A stretch of 64,000 nucleotides of DNA from Candidatus Tokpelaia sp. JSC189 (GTDB lineage Bacteria; Pseudomonadota; Alphaproteobacteria; Rhizobiales; Rhizobiaceae), in the NCBI GenBank assembly GCA_003331045.1, contig QENA01000037.1:4218-68217 (forward strand), in the 5' to 3' direction. The position numbers and the translations under genes were made by a program. The notes beneath the pieces were generated by a model. That model saw only the letters and a list, made by a program, of their open reading frames with translations, had not been told where the DNA came from and ran no database searches. Positions 63,342-64,000 of this stretch are shown here, piece after piece (position 1 is the stretch's first letter; each line of letters starts with the position of its first letter).

Positions 63342-64000
63342 TTAATATTTCTGGAAAACCAGGCTTGCATTTGTACCGCCAAATCCAAATGTATTGGACA
63401 ACGCAGTGTTCAATTCAATATTATCGATCCGCTCACACACAATAGGCATATCCGCAAATGCAGGATCCAGTTTTTCAATATGCGCACTTTTGCAGATAAA
63501 ATTGTTATTCATCATCAAAAGCGTATAAATCGCCTCATGTACACCTGCTGCACCAAGAGAATGCCCGGTCAACGACTTGGTCGCTGAAATCGAAGGACAT
63601 TTATCACCAGTGCCAAAAATGCGTCGGACAGCATCAAGCTCAGGCAGATCTCCCACGGGAGTAGATGTTGCATGCGGATTGATATAGTCAATTCTGTTCG
63701 GAACAGTAGAAAGAGCCATCCGCATGCACCGCTCAGCGCCTTCGCCACTTGGCGCTACCATATCATATCCGTCAGAAGTCGCACAATAACCTATAATTTC
63801 CGCATAAATCTTAGCACCACGCGCTTTAGCAAGCTCCAATTCCTCAAGCACCAGAACACCGCCACCGCCGGCAATAACAAAACCATCTCGGTTGACATCA
63901 TAGGCGCGTGAAGCTTGTTCTGGTGTATGATTATATTTGGAAGACATTGCACCCATTGCGTCAAAAAGCGATGAAAGTGTCCAGTCTAAATCCTCACAGC
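63342..64000 (-). CDS. fabB: beta-ketoacyl-ACP synthase I (5' end beyond the window)
   Basis: C-terminal KAS I sequence is present (...[14 protein letters not shown]......., [30 protein letters not shown]). The reading frame stays open upstream to position 64000. Confidence 0.9.
   Translation of the reverse strand, partial: CEDLDWTLSSLFDAMGAMSSKYNHTPEQASRAYDVNRDGFVIAGGGGVLVLEELELAKARGAKIYAEIIGYCATSDGYDMVAPSGEGAERCMRMALSTVPNRIDYINPHATSTPVGDLPELDAVRRIFGTGDKCPSISATKSLTGHSLGAAGVHEAIYTLLMMNNNFICKSAHIEKLDPAFADMPIVCERIDNIELNTALSNTFGFGGTNASLVFQKY

Noticed and set aside
1-64000. CRISPR arrays, IS elements/transposases, integrases, rRNA, and recognisable defence or toxin-antitoxin operons
   Set aside because: I scanned for regularly spaced direct repeats and for hallmark protein motifs in the ORF track and found none. 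This is absence by eye only. A repeat finder and HMM scan should confirm it.

Overview
This is a 64-kb chromosomal window from a moderately AT-rich alphaproteobacterium. Gene content and order look Rhizobiales-like: glmU-glmS, ccdA, cobT, dusA, pepN, glnE, ccmI-ccmE-ccmF-ccmH-degP, MucR/Ros, sodB, rimP-nusA-ylxR-infB-rbfA-truB-(insert)-rpsO-pnp, and fabI-fabB. The many gene relics suggest a host-associated, Bartonella-like lineage, but that is inference only. Most of the window is ordinary housekeeping DNA. I found no rRNA, CRISPR array, transposase, integrase or recognisable defence operon. One tRNA is present, tRNA-Gln(UUG). Three things stand out. (1) An intact two-operon urate/allantoin catabolic module (38.8-47.5 kb) is wired to malate synthase G. 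It contains an AllA::UraD fusion, a two-Rossmann flavoprotein where a urate oxidase would be expected, and no recognisable allantoate-hydrolysing enzyme or regulator. (2) A very AT-rich single-gene insert splits the conserved truB-rpsO junction. It encodes a 713-aa GT2+GT8 double glycosyltransferase with a triple basic/aromatic C-terminal repeat. (3) Gene decay is unusually dense. The relics are a cobS pseudogene beside intact cobT, a truncated OmpR-type response regulator with no partner kinase between degP and glnE, a frameshifted DUF1624 acyltransferase, an msrB relic, and several 0.9-2.8 kb ORF-poor stretches (roughly 10 kb in total). I cannot assign those stretches by eye, and they could hide sRNAs or further relics. 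I found no convincing wholly novel multi-gene system. The flavoprotein and missing steps of the urate module, and the glycosyltransferase islet, are the best leads.
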